DNA of 64,000 bases from Mytilus edulis (Eukaryota): positions 35,712,001 through 35,776,000 of the forward strand of contig NC_092346.1 of assembly GCF_963676685.1 (NCBI RefSeq), written 5' to 3'. Both the position numbers and the translations under genes were made by a program. Shown one piece after another: positions 37,004-50,400 of this stretch. The notes under the pieces were generated by a model. It had not been told where the DNA came from. It worked only from the letters and a program-made list of their open reading frames with translations, and searched no databases. Positions within the stretch are counted from its first letter, which is position 1. The number at the start of each line of letters is the position of its first letter.

Positions 37004-38092
37004 TTTTTGTCGAGCCTGCAACTTTTGTTGCAGAAAGCTCGACATAGGGATAGTGATCCGGCGGCGGCGGCGTTAGCTAACTTCTTTAAAAAAAGCTTTA
37101 TATAATAGTAGGTGGAAGACCCGGATGCTTCATACTTTGTAAATAGATGCTTCATGTTACGAAGTTTCCGTCAATCACATGTCCAATGTCCTTGACTTCA
37201 TTCTGATGGTTCAGTGACCACTTGAAAAAAAAATTCAGATTTTTTGTAATGTTGAATTCTCTCTTATTATAAGTAATAGGATAACTATATCTGGTATGTG
37301 CGTACCTTGCAGGGTCTTCATGCCCGTCAGACAGTTTTCACTTGACCTCGAGCTCATTGCATGGATCAGTGAACAAGGTTAAGTTTTGGTGGTCAAGTCC
37401 ATATCTCAGATACTATAAGCAATAGGGCTAGTGTATTCGGTGTATGGAATGACTGTAATGTGTACATGTCCAACTGACAGGTGTCATCTGACCTTGATCT
37501 CATTTTCATGGTTCAGTGGTTATAGTTAAGTTTTTGTGTTTTGGTCTCTTTTTCTCATACTTTATGCAATAGGTCTACTATATTTGTTGTAAGGAATGAT
37601 TGTAAGGTGTAAATTTCTAGCGGGCAGATGTCATCTGACCTTGACGTCATTTTCATGGTTCAGTGGTGAAAGTTAAGATTTTGAGTTTTGGTCTTTTTAT
37701 CTAATACTATATGCCATAGGTCAACTACATTTGGTGTTTGGAAATATTTTATGATCTATATGTCAGTTTTGCAGGTTTTATTTGACCATGACCTCATTTT
37801 CACGGCTCATTGCACAGTGTTAAGTTTTTGTGTTTTGGTCTATTTTTCTTAAACTATAAGTAATAGGTCAACTATATTTGATGTATGGAAGCATTGTTAG
37901 CTGTACATGTCTGCTTGGCATGGTTCATCTGACTTTGACCTCATTTTCATGGTTCGTTGGTCTTTGTTCATGGTTATCTTGGCTAATGTTAAGTTTATGT
38001 GACAGTTGTAACAAAGCTTTATAATTAGGACTATCAACATTATATCAATGATTAGTAAAGAAGGCGAGACATTTCAGCGTATGCACTCTTGT
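37004..38092 (+). mobile_element. Helentron-associated (HINE-like) non-autonomous element with internal ~148-bp tandem array, nested in another repeat
   Basis: T-run start, subterminal hairpin gtcgagc.tgcaac/gttgca..gctcgac, (GGC)n, then ~6 units anchored on tgacc(t)tgacctcattttcatgg (37190-37960). It splits the host repeat ..ccagatttgttttt|ctctcaat... Confidence 0.7.
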
Positions 38093-38154
38093 CTCTCAAT
38101 AGATTAATAACCTTTGAACAGCGGTAAACTACTGTTTCCTTTACTTGATGAAAG

Positions 38155-38432
38155 AATAGTTATCAAAGGTACCAGGGTTATAATTAAGTACGCCAGACGC
38201 GCGTTTCGTCTACAAAAGATTCATAATTGACGCTCATATCAAAATATTTATAAAGCCAAACAAGTATAAAGTTGAAGAGCATTGAGGATCCAAAATTCCA
38301 AAAAGTTGTGCCAAATACGGCTAAGGTAACCTATGCCTGTGATAAGAAAATCCTTAATTTTTCGATAAATTCAAAGTTTTCTAAACAGAATATTTATAAG
38401 AATGACAACATTAATGATATTTATGTCAACAC
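38155..38432 (-). repeat. Retrozyme-family copy, hammerhead core damaged
   Basis: Colinear with 17265-17540; the CUGAUGA core is mutated. Confidence 0.75.
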
Positions 38433-38722
38433 ACAGGAGCCACCTCGGACGTATGCAAGTGTTATGTTTAATTTGCAGGACAACCTTTCTAAATATCACA
38501 TAGCAGAAACCAATCTATCATAACAATTGAAATATACTTTGGATAGAAGCTGGCAGATATTTAGCTTTTGGAATGCATGATACTTAATCAATATACAGAA
38601 GATGTTAAACAAAATCCTCTATTTCTGTGACTTTTTCGTTCAATTGAAACGAAGTAGATGAAACATATTATACATTGTAAATTAATTTTATTCCTTTTAT
38701 ATGACTATCATTTGCCTTAGGA

Positions 38723-41140
38723 TATTGCTTCATTTGTTCCATGTGGACCCTGAGGTCACGAAAGATTAGGGAAGAGTGCAGAAAAATGATGCAAAGTAGC
38801 GACGACGGATTTTGTAATGTTTGTGAAAAGGCACATACATCGATGAATATTCGAGATATGACAACTTGATTACCATCGAGGATTACCATGAAATTGACAG
38901 TCTGATGCAAGTGTGGCTTTAACTGTGCGATTTTCAGCTGTGACAAGATAATCTTGTTGACGAATCTTTGGCAGTCCTGAAAAAAAGTCAAATCTAATTT
39001 CATTGCAATCGAATTGTTAAGTGACGCTTTTCAGTGAATTAAAATAATTTGCAGATTATGACAATTTAGCAGGTTCAATCAATCAGAATTCGTTTCTACT
39101 TATTAAACCATGGTAACGCAAAAATTTAAGTTACAATGTGAAAAGGTTATCCACTATATTGCTCGGAGAAGTTTTAAGAGCTCAGTTAAAACTAATGCGG
39201 ACATTCCGATTAACAAAGAATTTACATCTATTTGAACAGAAGAGTGTGAGAGGATCTTATGTAATAAAATCTGTCACTTGAGATATGACAAAGAGAAAAG
39301 TTAATACTTAATTGAACACCTGTTTCTTATGTCCTTAAGATGTCCTTAAGAATTTCTGAATATAGCAAAGAATAATTTAATTTTGGATGTAACCCGTCTT
39401 AAGATTGTTTTGTTAATCAGCTCATAGTCATAATTTTGTCTTGTGACCGTGACGTCATCAACGTTATTTCTTAGTTTGCTCCAGTTTAAAATGGAATGTA
39501 GAATTAATTTATAAGAAATGACTGTAATTTTTTGCTGTCTATTCGAAATAACATAAAAAATGTGGTGCACACTTTAAAATAACCCGCGTAGCGTTTTCTT
39601 CAGTGTGCACCTTATTTTTTATGTCAAATACCTAATGGCGGATTATTTTGGTAGGTTTTTTTTTTATTGTTTTTCCAAAATTGTTAAACATTTCACAGCG
39701 GTCTAATACTGTTACTTTAATTAATCATCCCTCTTTTCTTTTTTTTTTATTAATTTTGTATTTACATTGTGTCATAGATCAATTTATTCGTTCAGTGTAT
39801 GTTCACTTGTATGAATGTCTTTTAAATGAGGTAAGCCATTTTTATTGATATTTAATAATGTGTCTTTCTATGTTGTGATGTTACACTATTGTTTCACATA
39901 AGGGTGAAGGTTTGGTATTATTAAAACATTTAAATTCGCTGAAATTGTTTGCACCTGTCTTAAGTAAGGCATCTTATGTTCAGTAATTGTCGTGTGTTGA
40001 TGTGGTGTATAAGTGTTTCTCGTTTCTTGTTTTTCATATATATTAGATTGTTGGTTTTCCCGTTTGAATGGTTTAACACTATTAATGTTTTGGGTCCTTT
40101 ATAGCTTGTTTTCGGTGTGAGCAAAGCTCTGTGTTGAAGACCATTTTCTAACCTAAATTGGTTACTTTTATAAATTGTGATTTCGATGGAGAGTTGTCTT
40201 CTTGGCACTCATACCACATTTTTTTTATATCTCTCGAAGGTCTGTTCCTGATACAAGGTTACAGTTGATAAAACAAGATCTATATTAAGCAAAAAGGAAA
40301 GGAAATGTACATTTAAGGATGTACAGTTATGGCAAATGGTAACTTATTGTTTGCCGACAACGAAGAACAAAATGTACTAATGCGGTACCACATTCCTTAA
40401 CGAAGACGATTATTTTATCCATAATATACCCGTCTCAGCAACACAATATGATCTGAAAGTATTAGGTAATGATCACATTTCTGTTTCTTATAACACTCTG
40501 GAGTACATTGAGATGACAGATATTAGAAAAATTATCGTACTGAAAACAGTAAAATTCAATCAAGTGTAGCATTGGTGTGACCTATTACAACGATCGATAA
40601 AAAAATCTACTCCAGAAGAGAGACTCAGGCCCCTGTTTATTGCTGTAGAATAACTGGAGTTTAGATATGTGATCTCAATGATAAATCTCTTAGCAAACCT
40701 CACGAAATTAGTGCTTCCCATGACCAAAACGTGTTTGTTGTGGGTTATCAATCTAATAATCTTATGATGGTGCAAGACGATCGGAAAGTTAGGTTAAAAA
40801 AAAATCACAAAAATACTGAACTTAGAGGAAAATCAATTCGGAAAGTCCATAATCACATGGCAAAATCAGATAACAAAACGCATCAAAAACGAATGGACAA
40901 GAACTGTCATATTCCTGACTTGGTACAGGAATTTTCAAATGTAAAATATGGTGGATTAAACCTGGTTCTATAGCGCTAACCCTCTCACTTTAATGACAGT
41001 CTCATCAAATTCCGTTATATTTACATTGATGCGTTAAATAAACAGACACAATAAATAAAATAGTCAAAATAAAACCGATGGACTTAATCATCCCGTCAGT
41101 GTATGGTACAACAAGGAAAGGAATATCTATACTATTTAAT
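38723..41140 (+). pseudogene. Fragmented TRIM-like (B-box/NHL) pseudogene
   Basis: 38723-38900 aligns to the start of 21773 (ttccatgtggaccctg..ttttgtaatgtttgtgaaaaggcacatacatc) with stops. 40240-40790 and 41074-41140 align to the propeller region (ggcaaatggtaacttatt.., aataatcttatgatggtgcaagacga). Repeats interrupt it. Confidence 0.85.
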
Positions 41141-42737
41141 GAGAAGACCTCATTTTGTGTGTTGCTTCTTTTCTTTCTACAATACATTTATCATCATGTC
41201 TCTGTGTCCTATAGGTACCATGCATAGTTGCATTTGTCATCCTCACTTATGATTATTCTGTTTGGATTATTTTGGAAGGAAAAGCAAAATGAAGACGTCC
41301 GGATAATGTTTCCGTCATCAGACGGACTTTAAAGTCATAGAAAAGATTTCCGTTTAGGACTGTTTAAAATTACACTTACAAACATTAAAAAAGTTCATGT
41401 ATTCCATAGATTTGTTTTCATTTTCACATTGCCTGGGTTGTTATATTCGTCAATGTATCCCTTGCTTACACTCGGGATAAAATTCCAATATAACGACCGA
41501 GGACATGTAAAAATTTTCAACCAATATATGGCTTGCAACTATTTTTTAAATACAATTTAAAAACAGATTATATACCGGTTCCAGGGGTCCCAAGAAATCG
41601 CTTCCAGGGACCGAAATAATGTTCGATACCTGTTCCTGTAGCTCAGGTACCCAAAACATTTCATGTAATCAAGTGGGGAATTAAGGGTTGTTTGTATATT
41701 TACCAAAATTCTGTAAACAGTCCTAAAATAGTGCGTTCATGTTACTACAAATACTTGACATTCTTTAGATTTACATCCAATATTTTGAACAGGTGAAAAA
41801 TTCAAAATGTTAAAGATACTTTTGAAAACCTTTCCTGAAATTCTTTAGTCATAAAATATTCCACAAAACACCATCTTACAACAGTTTGAATACTTCTAAC
41901 CACGGTCTAAACGGGTGAGTTCCAGTGTTTTGGTGTGCAATCAAACAAACGGGGTTGCTGTTTTATTTAGATTTTTATAGTTACGGTATAAATGGGTTAG
42001 GCTATTTAAAAACACTGTATAATTTGTTGATCTGTACAGTGTTTTGTTGTATTTTAATTTACAAGTACTCATGCAGCCACGTCCGCTCTGTGTTTTAGAT
42101 GTTAGATGTATTTCTATTTGTACCCATCTGATGAGTTAAGCCTTTTTCAACTGATATTTATAGTTCGTTCTTAAAATGGACGAATACAAATAAAATACAT
42201 TTCACATAATAACAGAGTCATGCAATTTCAAAAGATATTTATTAAGTGGTTGCTTATGTTATTTTAAGAACGCGTCAGAGACATTAGTAATGTACTTAAT
42301 AAAATTTTAAATAAATTGTGGTCCAATTAGTTTATGTTGTCTAATAGCTATTTACTCATCTAACCGTCAACATACCTCCAAAGATATTTGACCATTTGTT
42401 TTGTTTATATATAGAGACTACTAAATACTTGCTAACAACAACGCATTCCGTTAGGGAATAAACTTAAACAAGAACAAAACAAAACACTGAGACATACACT
42501 ATATGTTATTGTAATCCTTTCTTGTATCGTGCGTCGGATCATACAAGGTTTTTACTTTCTTGCAGGTAGCGACGGAAGAAATAACGTTCTGATCATACCA
42601 TCTCATGTCTACAACGAATGGCCGGTTTTGAATGGATACAAGTTTGATCATAACTGTTTTATGATCTAGAAATTGTTTATCTTCTCTCCCCTGAAAAGCA
42701 GGGGTTGACGTGAATATGAACGACGTATATGAGGATG

Positions 42738-43170
42738 ATAGCATACCCTCTGCCCCTTCGTTTGGTGTTTATATATCACAAATGATACGTTATTCTCGTG
42801 CTTGTTCACACTACACGGACTTCATATACCGGAGTGTGCTCCTTGCACAGAAACTGCTTCAACAAAGTTATGAGGAGGACAGATTAGAATTGACACTCCG
42901 TAAATTTTATGGACACCATCACGAATTAGTTGATCCATACGATGTGTCTTTGACCAGACTAGCTAAGGACATTTTTACAACATGGTAGATTGTGGTTTGT
43001 CATTACGTCGTCTAATCTTTTAATTACTGAACGTGACTTATTCCCGATTGTGACTGTTTTGCTGAGTGTGAATTCGCATTACTATTAGACGTGTTACGGT
43101 ACTTGTCTATCCCAAATTCATGTGTTTAGTTTGATATTGTATTTGTGGTTCTCGTCGGATTTTGTCAAAT
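42738..43170 (+). mobile_element. 3' fragment of a second Penelope-like RT element
   Basis: SIPSAPSFGVYISQMIRYSRAC..LRKFYGHHHELVD parallels the RT C-terminus at 62620-62820. Confidence 0.8.
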
Positions 43171-43724
43171 TTGTTGACGTCTTTTCTATTTTATTCATGT
43201 GTTATGGTAAAGAAAATTAATCACCGCCTTCATTTATTAGATTTGATTTTGTTCAACGTAATCTGTACGATAATTTACGTTTGAAGTTGGATTCAAAACA
43301 AACTGAACATATATATATATATATATATATTATAGTTAATTGCTATCAAGAATTGCAATGTGCATTGTGTTTAAATGTAACATCAGTATTTAGTTCTATT
43401 ATAACCTTAAATCAATCCTAATTCTATCTTACTTTTGAGATATAGTTTTTTCAAATGTGACGTCATTTTTGTGTTGTTTCAGAAATTCAAATGTGACGTA
43501 TTTTTTTTTGCGTTTTCACCACTTCGTATGTGACGTCATTTTTATGATTTTTTGCGTTGAGGCCTGGACTAAGTCGGGTGTGTCAATTTTTCTGTGTTGG
43601 TCTTTGTATTATGTATTCGGGTTTTGTTTTCTGTAATTAGTTAATACTTCAGTTTCATTATGTATATCTTTTATATTATTTTATTTGATCAAATTTACTG
43701 TATGCAATAGCATAAATTGTTTTA

Positions 43725-43930
43725 AATAATAAGGATGTTCTTATCCCAAGCATAAAAACATAGCCGTATTTGACACAACCTTTTTCAAATTTTGATCTTC
43801 AGTGCTGTACAACTTTGTACCCTTTTTTTTTCACTTTCGATCTTTTATATCTGGGCGTCACTGGTGAGTCTTGTGTGGACGAGGCGCGTTTTTGGCGTAT
43901 TGAATTTTAAACCGGATTCCTTTTGTAATC
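43725..43930 (+). repeat. Retrozyme-family copy with clustered A>G changes across the hammerhead
   Basis: gggcgtcactggtgagtcttgtgtggacgaggcgcg vs gagcgtcactgatgagtcttatgtagacgaaacgcg. Confidence 0.75.
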
Positions 43931-45099
43931 TTTTAATCATGTGTTTCTTTGTCTAATACGTTCTCCTATTTATTTGTATTGCAGTCCTGTAATATAATGT
44001 TGTCATTTCAATGTTATATTTAACATTGCCATTAAAGTGCGAGGTTTGGCATGCCACAAAACCAGGTTCAACCCACCATTTTTATCTTTAAAAATGTCCT
44101 GTTCCAAGTCAGGAAAATGGCCATTGTTATATCATAGTTCGTTTCTGTGTGTGTAACATTTTAACGTTGTGTTTCCGTTGTGTAGTTTGTTTTCTCTTAT
44201 ATTTGAGTGTGAATTCACATTACTATAAGACGTGTCACGGTACTTTTCTATCCCAAATTCATGTATTTGGTTTTGATGTTATATTTGTTATTCTCATCGG
44301 ATTTTGTCTAATGCTTAGTCCGTTTCTGTGTGTTACATTTTAATGTTGTGTCGTTGTTCTCCTCTTATATTTAATGCGTTTCCCTCAGTTTTAGTTTGTT
44401 ACCCCAATTTTGATTTTTGTTCATAGATTTTCGAGTTTTGAACAGCGGTATACTACTGTTGCCTTTATATATAGCCCTCGTTTACCTTAGTAATAAACCT
44501 TTAGGAACTTGAGCATGCATTGTAACCAATGGCGCACTGACTTCGGCATTCTACTACCATGTCAGATCTCGTTAATTCGAAGAAAAGTTAGACCACTATT
44601 TTCCACATAAACTATTGGTATGCTATGCATGAAACTTAAAACTTTATTAATTAGAAAAGCTCCATACTGCAACAATAGCTAGAAAAAAAAATTGTCTTCC
44701 ATTTTTCTTAATTTTACGTATTGAATTGTGGGTAAAAATATGGTTTCATTATTTGATTTATGGCTATTTCGTTGATAACCAAAACACACATAATATGTTT
44801 AATGAATACGCTAGACTAGGACGATTTATATAAATATGTATTCTGAGAACCTTCTACCTTGTGGAAGACTCTATATGCCTTCCAGATGCCTAATTTTTTT
44901 TCAGTGTTTCAATTAAAAGCTTTTCATTTTGATTTAACCTTAATGCATTGTTTGTTTGGATGGAAGATGTTCAAATTACCATTTGATTATTCTTAGCTGG
45001 GAAGGTTAACCTAGAAGTAATTAAATACGTTTTCCCTTTCAACTTTAATAATAAAGCTAAATCTTATGATTAACCCTTTACATTGATGGAATTGTTTGG

Positions 45100-48000
45100 T
45101 TATTCTCTTATGTTTAGTTGTTGTAGTTTCCCGTCCTCAATTTGGTCAAGGTAATTAAACATGTAGTCGTCTGCCGAATTCAATATTTGCTGCAAGGTCA
45201 ACAAGGTCAAGATGTTAACATTATCCTGAAGTTCGATTTCTGATTCGTAATTCTTTACTGGTAAGATGTTAGATCTTGGCAGTCCCAGTATCTGTGACAC
45301 ACGATCTACAGTTTCTTGTACGACAGGACTGAAGAAAACTTGTGAGAGATCTTCACTTGTAGCCTCACACACTTTGTCTATTTTAGTAAGTAATACAATC
45401 TGTGGGATACCTGCAAAGATTAAAATTAGTTTTGTAAGCCATGACATTTCATTTCATTTTTGGTACTTGAATATTTTGATTTTAAAGATATTTATATGCA
45501 TCAAATAAACCCTGCGCAAATAATTATTCTTTTTTTTGTTTTATAAAAACTCGTTAAAATCAGACGGTTACTGCCCTTAAATTTGGAAACTTCTCATAAT
45601 CAGTCTCTATAGTATATCCAAAATTTTCTAGTACAATATTTATTGAGATTCTAGAAGTCTAAACAAAAATGCCAGACTTATTATTGCAATTTCAGGAAAA
45701 ATTCTATGCATTATATGTGTCCTATATCAGAATGCGAGTTCCTATTATTGCAATATTCACCCGATCGCATTATTCGCATTAATAAAAACCTCGCAATAGT
45801 TTCTGAATTTAATGTAATTCGGCTTTTCTCTATTTAACGATTATATAGAAAAAACATTCAACTCGTCAAAGCGTCCGAATTTCTAGTTATGTATTACAAC
45901 AATAATACAATGCGAATTCATGTTGCACAAGCCCGAACTCGAGACCCAAAACTGAGAAATTAGTATTTAAGCATATGTTGAACGTCTATAAATATCGATT
46001 TGTTTGTTATAAGATACACATCGGCAATATTAGATTCATTAGAGTTCATGTAATAAATGCATCATCTAAATAGATAGTAAACTCAATAAACTAAACTGAA
46101 TAAGAATACGTTTGTTTACCTCTTTGATTCATGTGGATCTGAAATCCCTTCATCTTTTCTATCACCTTCTCCGGCATAACATCTACAGTACTGCCATCAA
46201 TGACAAACACAACACAGTGTATTTTATCAGCGAATTGTGGTGTTGAAACAAATCCAGTTATATCAGGTGTAACCGGTGCAGAAGGATTGAACTAAAATGA
46301 AAATATATGTTGCTGAATATCCGGTTTAAACAATGTTATATTTTTTCAATAATTATAATATCTAAATTTGAAAAATTATCTATAAAAATACTTTTGGCAG
46401 CTTAATGTAGTTAACCGACTTCAATAAATCCCCCTTTTTTTTTGCATTTCTAAAATTCATGTTCAGATAACTACTACGAATATGTGTACCTGGAATCGAT
46501 CAGGTAAATTACCATCGAGCAGATAGCACATTCCATGGGCATCCATTCCCTGGTCAGCTTCTAGTCCTCTTGTATCATGTAGTCTTATGTTCAATGGTTT
46601 TCCGGATACACTATTTCTGATTTGGTACATTCGATACTAAAAAGATATATAATACATATGTTAAACGAAGCAACATTGATGTAGGACATAAAGTACTGAT
46701 TCCTAGAACGAACTAATCATTGGTTAAATATGCCAGAGTAAATAAAAGTCCTAGCTAATTATATATTTTTTAGAAAAGTGTCTATTTTTCAGGAGACACT
46801 ATGGCATACTTTAATATCTTACTCATGCAATCCAAAATGGTTTTTCATATTGACATTTGACAGAGAGTTGAAGAACTGAAGAAAAAGTATTGTCTCGACG
46901 TTTTTAAAATATATCAAATTTCGAATTTTGAACTCCGCAAGTAACTTGTTTAATAAGGTATATAACATGACCTGGTAATATTTATTGTATGCTACACTCA
47001 CCACAGTTGTCAAGCTATGCTCTGCATTACCGCTACACGCCTGTCTAGTTATGTAACCTCTGAAGACGGAATTAATTGTATTGAAGAAACTTGTCTTTCC
47101 AGCTCCTACTTGTCCAACTAACAAAACACGTGCTTGTGGAACATTTAATTCCTTCAAAGGTTTGTATGTTTCTACCTTCTCTTTTAGTTCTTCAAAGTAC
47201 TGATCATTGTAAAAAAAAAACGTCTTTCAATATTTGACATTGTGTAATAGCTGGTGAGTAATTTCAGTAATTCGATTATGCGTAAATTGATTCAACAATA
47301 ATCCTTTAACACAAAAACACCAAAAGACATATACATGTATTTATAGAGGTCGACAAACGATATTTAACTAAAGACATGTTTATCTATTCGATAAGTTTTA
47401 AATATCTTTAAATAAATTTAACAGGGGACATCCTAGATCTCTAATAATATCATGCATGCTTAATAATAAAAGGTGAGATATCTCAAGTAGAAAATTTGAC
47501 GAGTTCCACGGCTTAAGCAATTCAGGCAAATTGACAAGTAAGTTGGTGCATGTGTATTAATTTAGGAGAATTCTACTTTAAAATGTTAATTAAAAAACCT
47601 AACTTATGGAAAAGTGTTTGAACTGATATATAAAATGGTATTCGGTCATAGTTATACTATGATCATAATGATGCATTAAATGTTGACAACACTTAATTTT
47701 TTTTTCTCGAAAAACCAACGATTTCTGTTACCAACGGAATAAAATACCTTAGCTGTATTTGACAAAATCTTTTGGAATTTTTCGTCTTCCATGCTCTTCA
47801 GCTTTGTACTTTATTATTAATTCTTTTAATTTTTTTTTCGAGCGTCACCGATGAGTCTTTTCTAGACGGAATATCCCTCTGGCGTACAAAGTTTAAATAT
47901 TGATATATATTGCGAATTTTATTATATACCCTTTAGAGTCGGTGAATTTCCGTTTAGATAATCAGCTGTCAATTGTTGAAGACTTTGAGTTGATTTTTGC

Positions 48001-50400
48001 TATTGTGTCGCTAGAGTCAGGGTTATCTAACAAAAAGGGCAAATATAAATAAAGCGTACCGTACACATTAGCTATATAAACAGCTAAACCATTTTTTACC
48101 TTTTTATTCCAGTTGGATGTTTTCCTCCATGGTTCTTCAAGAGGGGCGTCGCCGGGTATATCTGAGAATAGGTATTATTAGTATAATACAAACTAATTGG
48201 TTACAGATATTTTTAAATCCATTATCACTGTCAGAATCGGTTTTCTATACGAAAATGATTTGTTTAGCAATTATATATCATCATTTTGATCGCTGTTTCC
48301 TGATTTATAATGATTTAGTGATGCATTTCATTTGTATTTATACTAAAAATAATTCAAACAGTCGATCACTAATAGTGAATCGATATATTATCAAGAGAAA
48401 CTGCTTTACCGTCAGTATCGTTTTTAAATTCAATATTAATGATATTTGATACAGTCCTCCGAAACTAAAAACCATATAATATTATTAGGAAGAAAGCGCT
48501 TGGATAATATTATAGTTGAAGAAAATAGTTTATAAGTGAGATAGGATAAGGTTTTTTCCCTGACCCCTGAATAGTGAATCAAGCCAATACTTTCAAAACT
48601 ATGTTAGGTTTAATTAATTATGTATATCCCTTCAACAAGGCGTCATCAATGTTTTGATAGTACATATCTTTTTTTCTTCTCCGAAATAGGTCACCAGTGA
48701 ACCTTCTACAACGAACGTATTATGTGGCGTCATTTATTCAACTGAATGTGACTTTGTGTGTATTTTTATATGTATTGGTTAATCTCCACAATGGGACCAT
48801 CGAAAGTAATCAGGGACAGTCTAGTAGAATCGTTATGTCGCAGATTAACTATATCAAAAACAATACTATCTGGTAGCTTATTTAAATAGTTTAAAATCTA
48901 AACGATCCATCTTGATGACTAGTGTTAACAATATTGCAAGTCATTAAAATTTTGGTAAGGCGAAACAATTCTTAGAATAGGTCAAGAACAAGGAAAACGT
49001 AATACATCATATTGTTCATGGATATATGTTTACACGTTTTAAATCCAAATTTTATTTACAATATTTATAGAGGTAAAGATCAAGAGTAAAATATTGAATG
49101 TCAATAAAATAATTACAAACTTGACATTATATGAAAAGTTGAAACTGATATTATGTAGAAATCATATCTCATATTGAAATATAGTCAAACCCTGTTTAAG
49201 GACAACAAAAGGAAAATAATTTTTTTTCAAAGCAGGCGTTATTTGTGAAAATGATTATTTAAAGAAGCTTTGTATATTTACCAGATATTTGTAATGTTCA
49301 CTTTATATGCCACTTTATAAATATGCAATTCATTTAGATGTGTCAATAAGGCAGGGTCTACTGTTTATTGAAATTGTGTTCTCTTATAGTCTTTTCGTCC
49401 GAACATATACTTATACTTATAATTGGATAGATCAAAGGTAACGGTGCTACTATAATACTACGCATAATTCAGATGGTGCCACCGTTCGATATAATTTATT
49501 AACACTAAGATAAACAGTATACAAAAATCGGGAGATGTGGTATGGTTTTCAATGAGACAGTGAGCTTGTTTAGTAAAATTCGTTTTCATTTATTCTTTTA
49601 TTTAGGCCAATTATACAGTGAAACCTGTTTAAACCGAACCTCTTCGGTATTTAAGATTTTATTCGGTTTTATCAGGTTCACAACGCATTCAATTGGTATA
49701 ACGATGCTTAATAACATGTTTGGTTTTATACAGGTTTTCGGTTTATGCAGGATTCGGTTTATCCAGGTTTCACTGTAGTTAGGCTACTGTCCTTTTAAGG
49801 GGTCTTTTAACACTTAATTAGTATCTACATCTCCTCTTTATTTGCTTATTTTCGGTTCTTACACATGTATGTCTTACCTTCTACTAAATAAACTTCAATG
49901 TCTTTTGCTTGTTTACTTCCACTCGTTATAGAATCTGACGTTTCTCCATTTGCAGAGTATGCACCTCCTGGAATTACATAACCGTCTAAGTCAAAATATG
50001 TACCATTCCAAGCAACAGTGCTTGTAAATGATGAAAGGTCATGGTTGGTGCCAAACGTAGGACCGTAGCCCGAATTATCATAAATAGATTGGGAAGATTC
50101 CATAACAGGCAGTTGCACTGGTTTCCAATTTCCATTTTGATAAAGCCGAAACAAAAAAGCTTGTCCATCCGTTCGCCAACCTTCAGTACTAGCCCAGCTA
50201 ACGGAGGTATATCCGCCATACACTGAGTTGTTAGTGTTGTATATAATTGTTACAGTTGGACCTTTGCTATTACACAAGGTATGGAATGTGGTAGCATTAC
50301 AGCCGTCTCTAGTTGCTCTGAACAAACATGTGTATCGTTTATTTCCATTCAACCATTTATTCATTTGCTTTTGATCACTCTTCTTGAATTTTACTGCCAT
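45100..50400 (-). CDS. IFI44L: Interferon-induced protein 44-like, copy 2, intact
   Basis: Exons 50400-49878, 48161-48100, 47199-47002, 46636-46490, 46291-46120, 45410-45100. Downstream exon lengths (62, 198, 147, 172, 311) are identical to copy 1. Walker A GQVGAGKT. Confidence 0.92.
49616..49775. mobile_element. Tc1/pogo-type MITE
   Basis: TA|CAGTGAAACCTG..TAAACCGAA / TTCGGTTTA..CAGGTTTCACTG|TA. Confidence 0.8.

Noticed and set aside
42125-42170. CTGATGAG motif as another hammerhead
   Set aside because: No properly placed GAAA or stem III.
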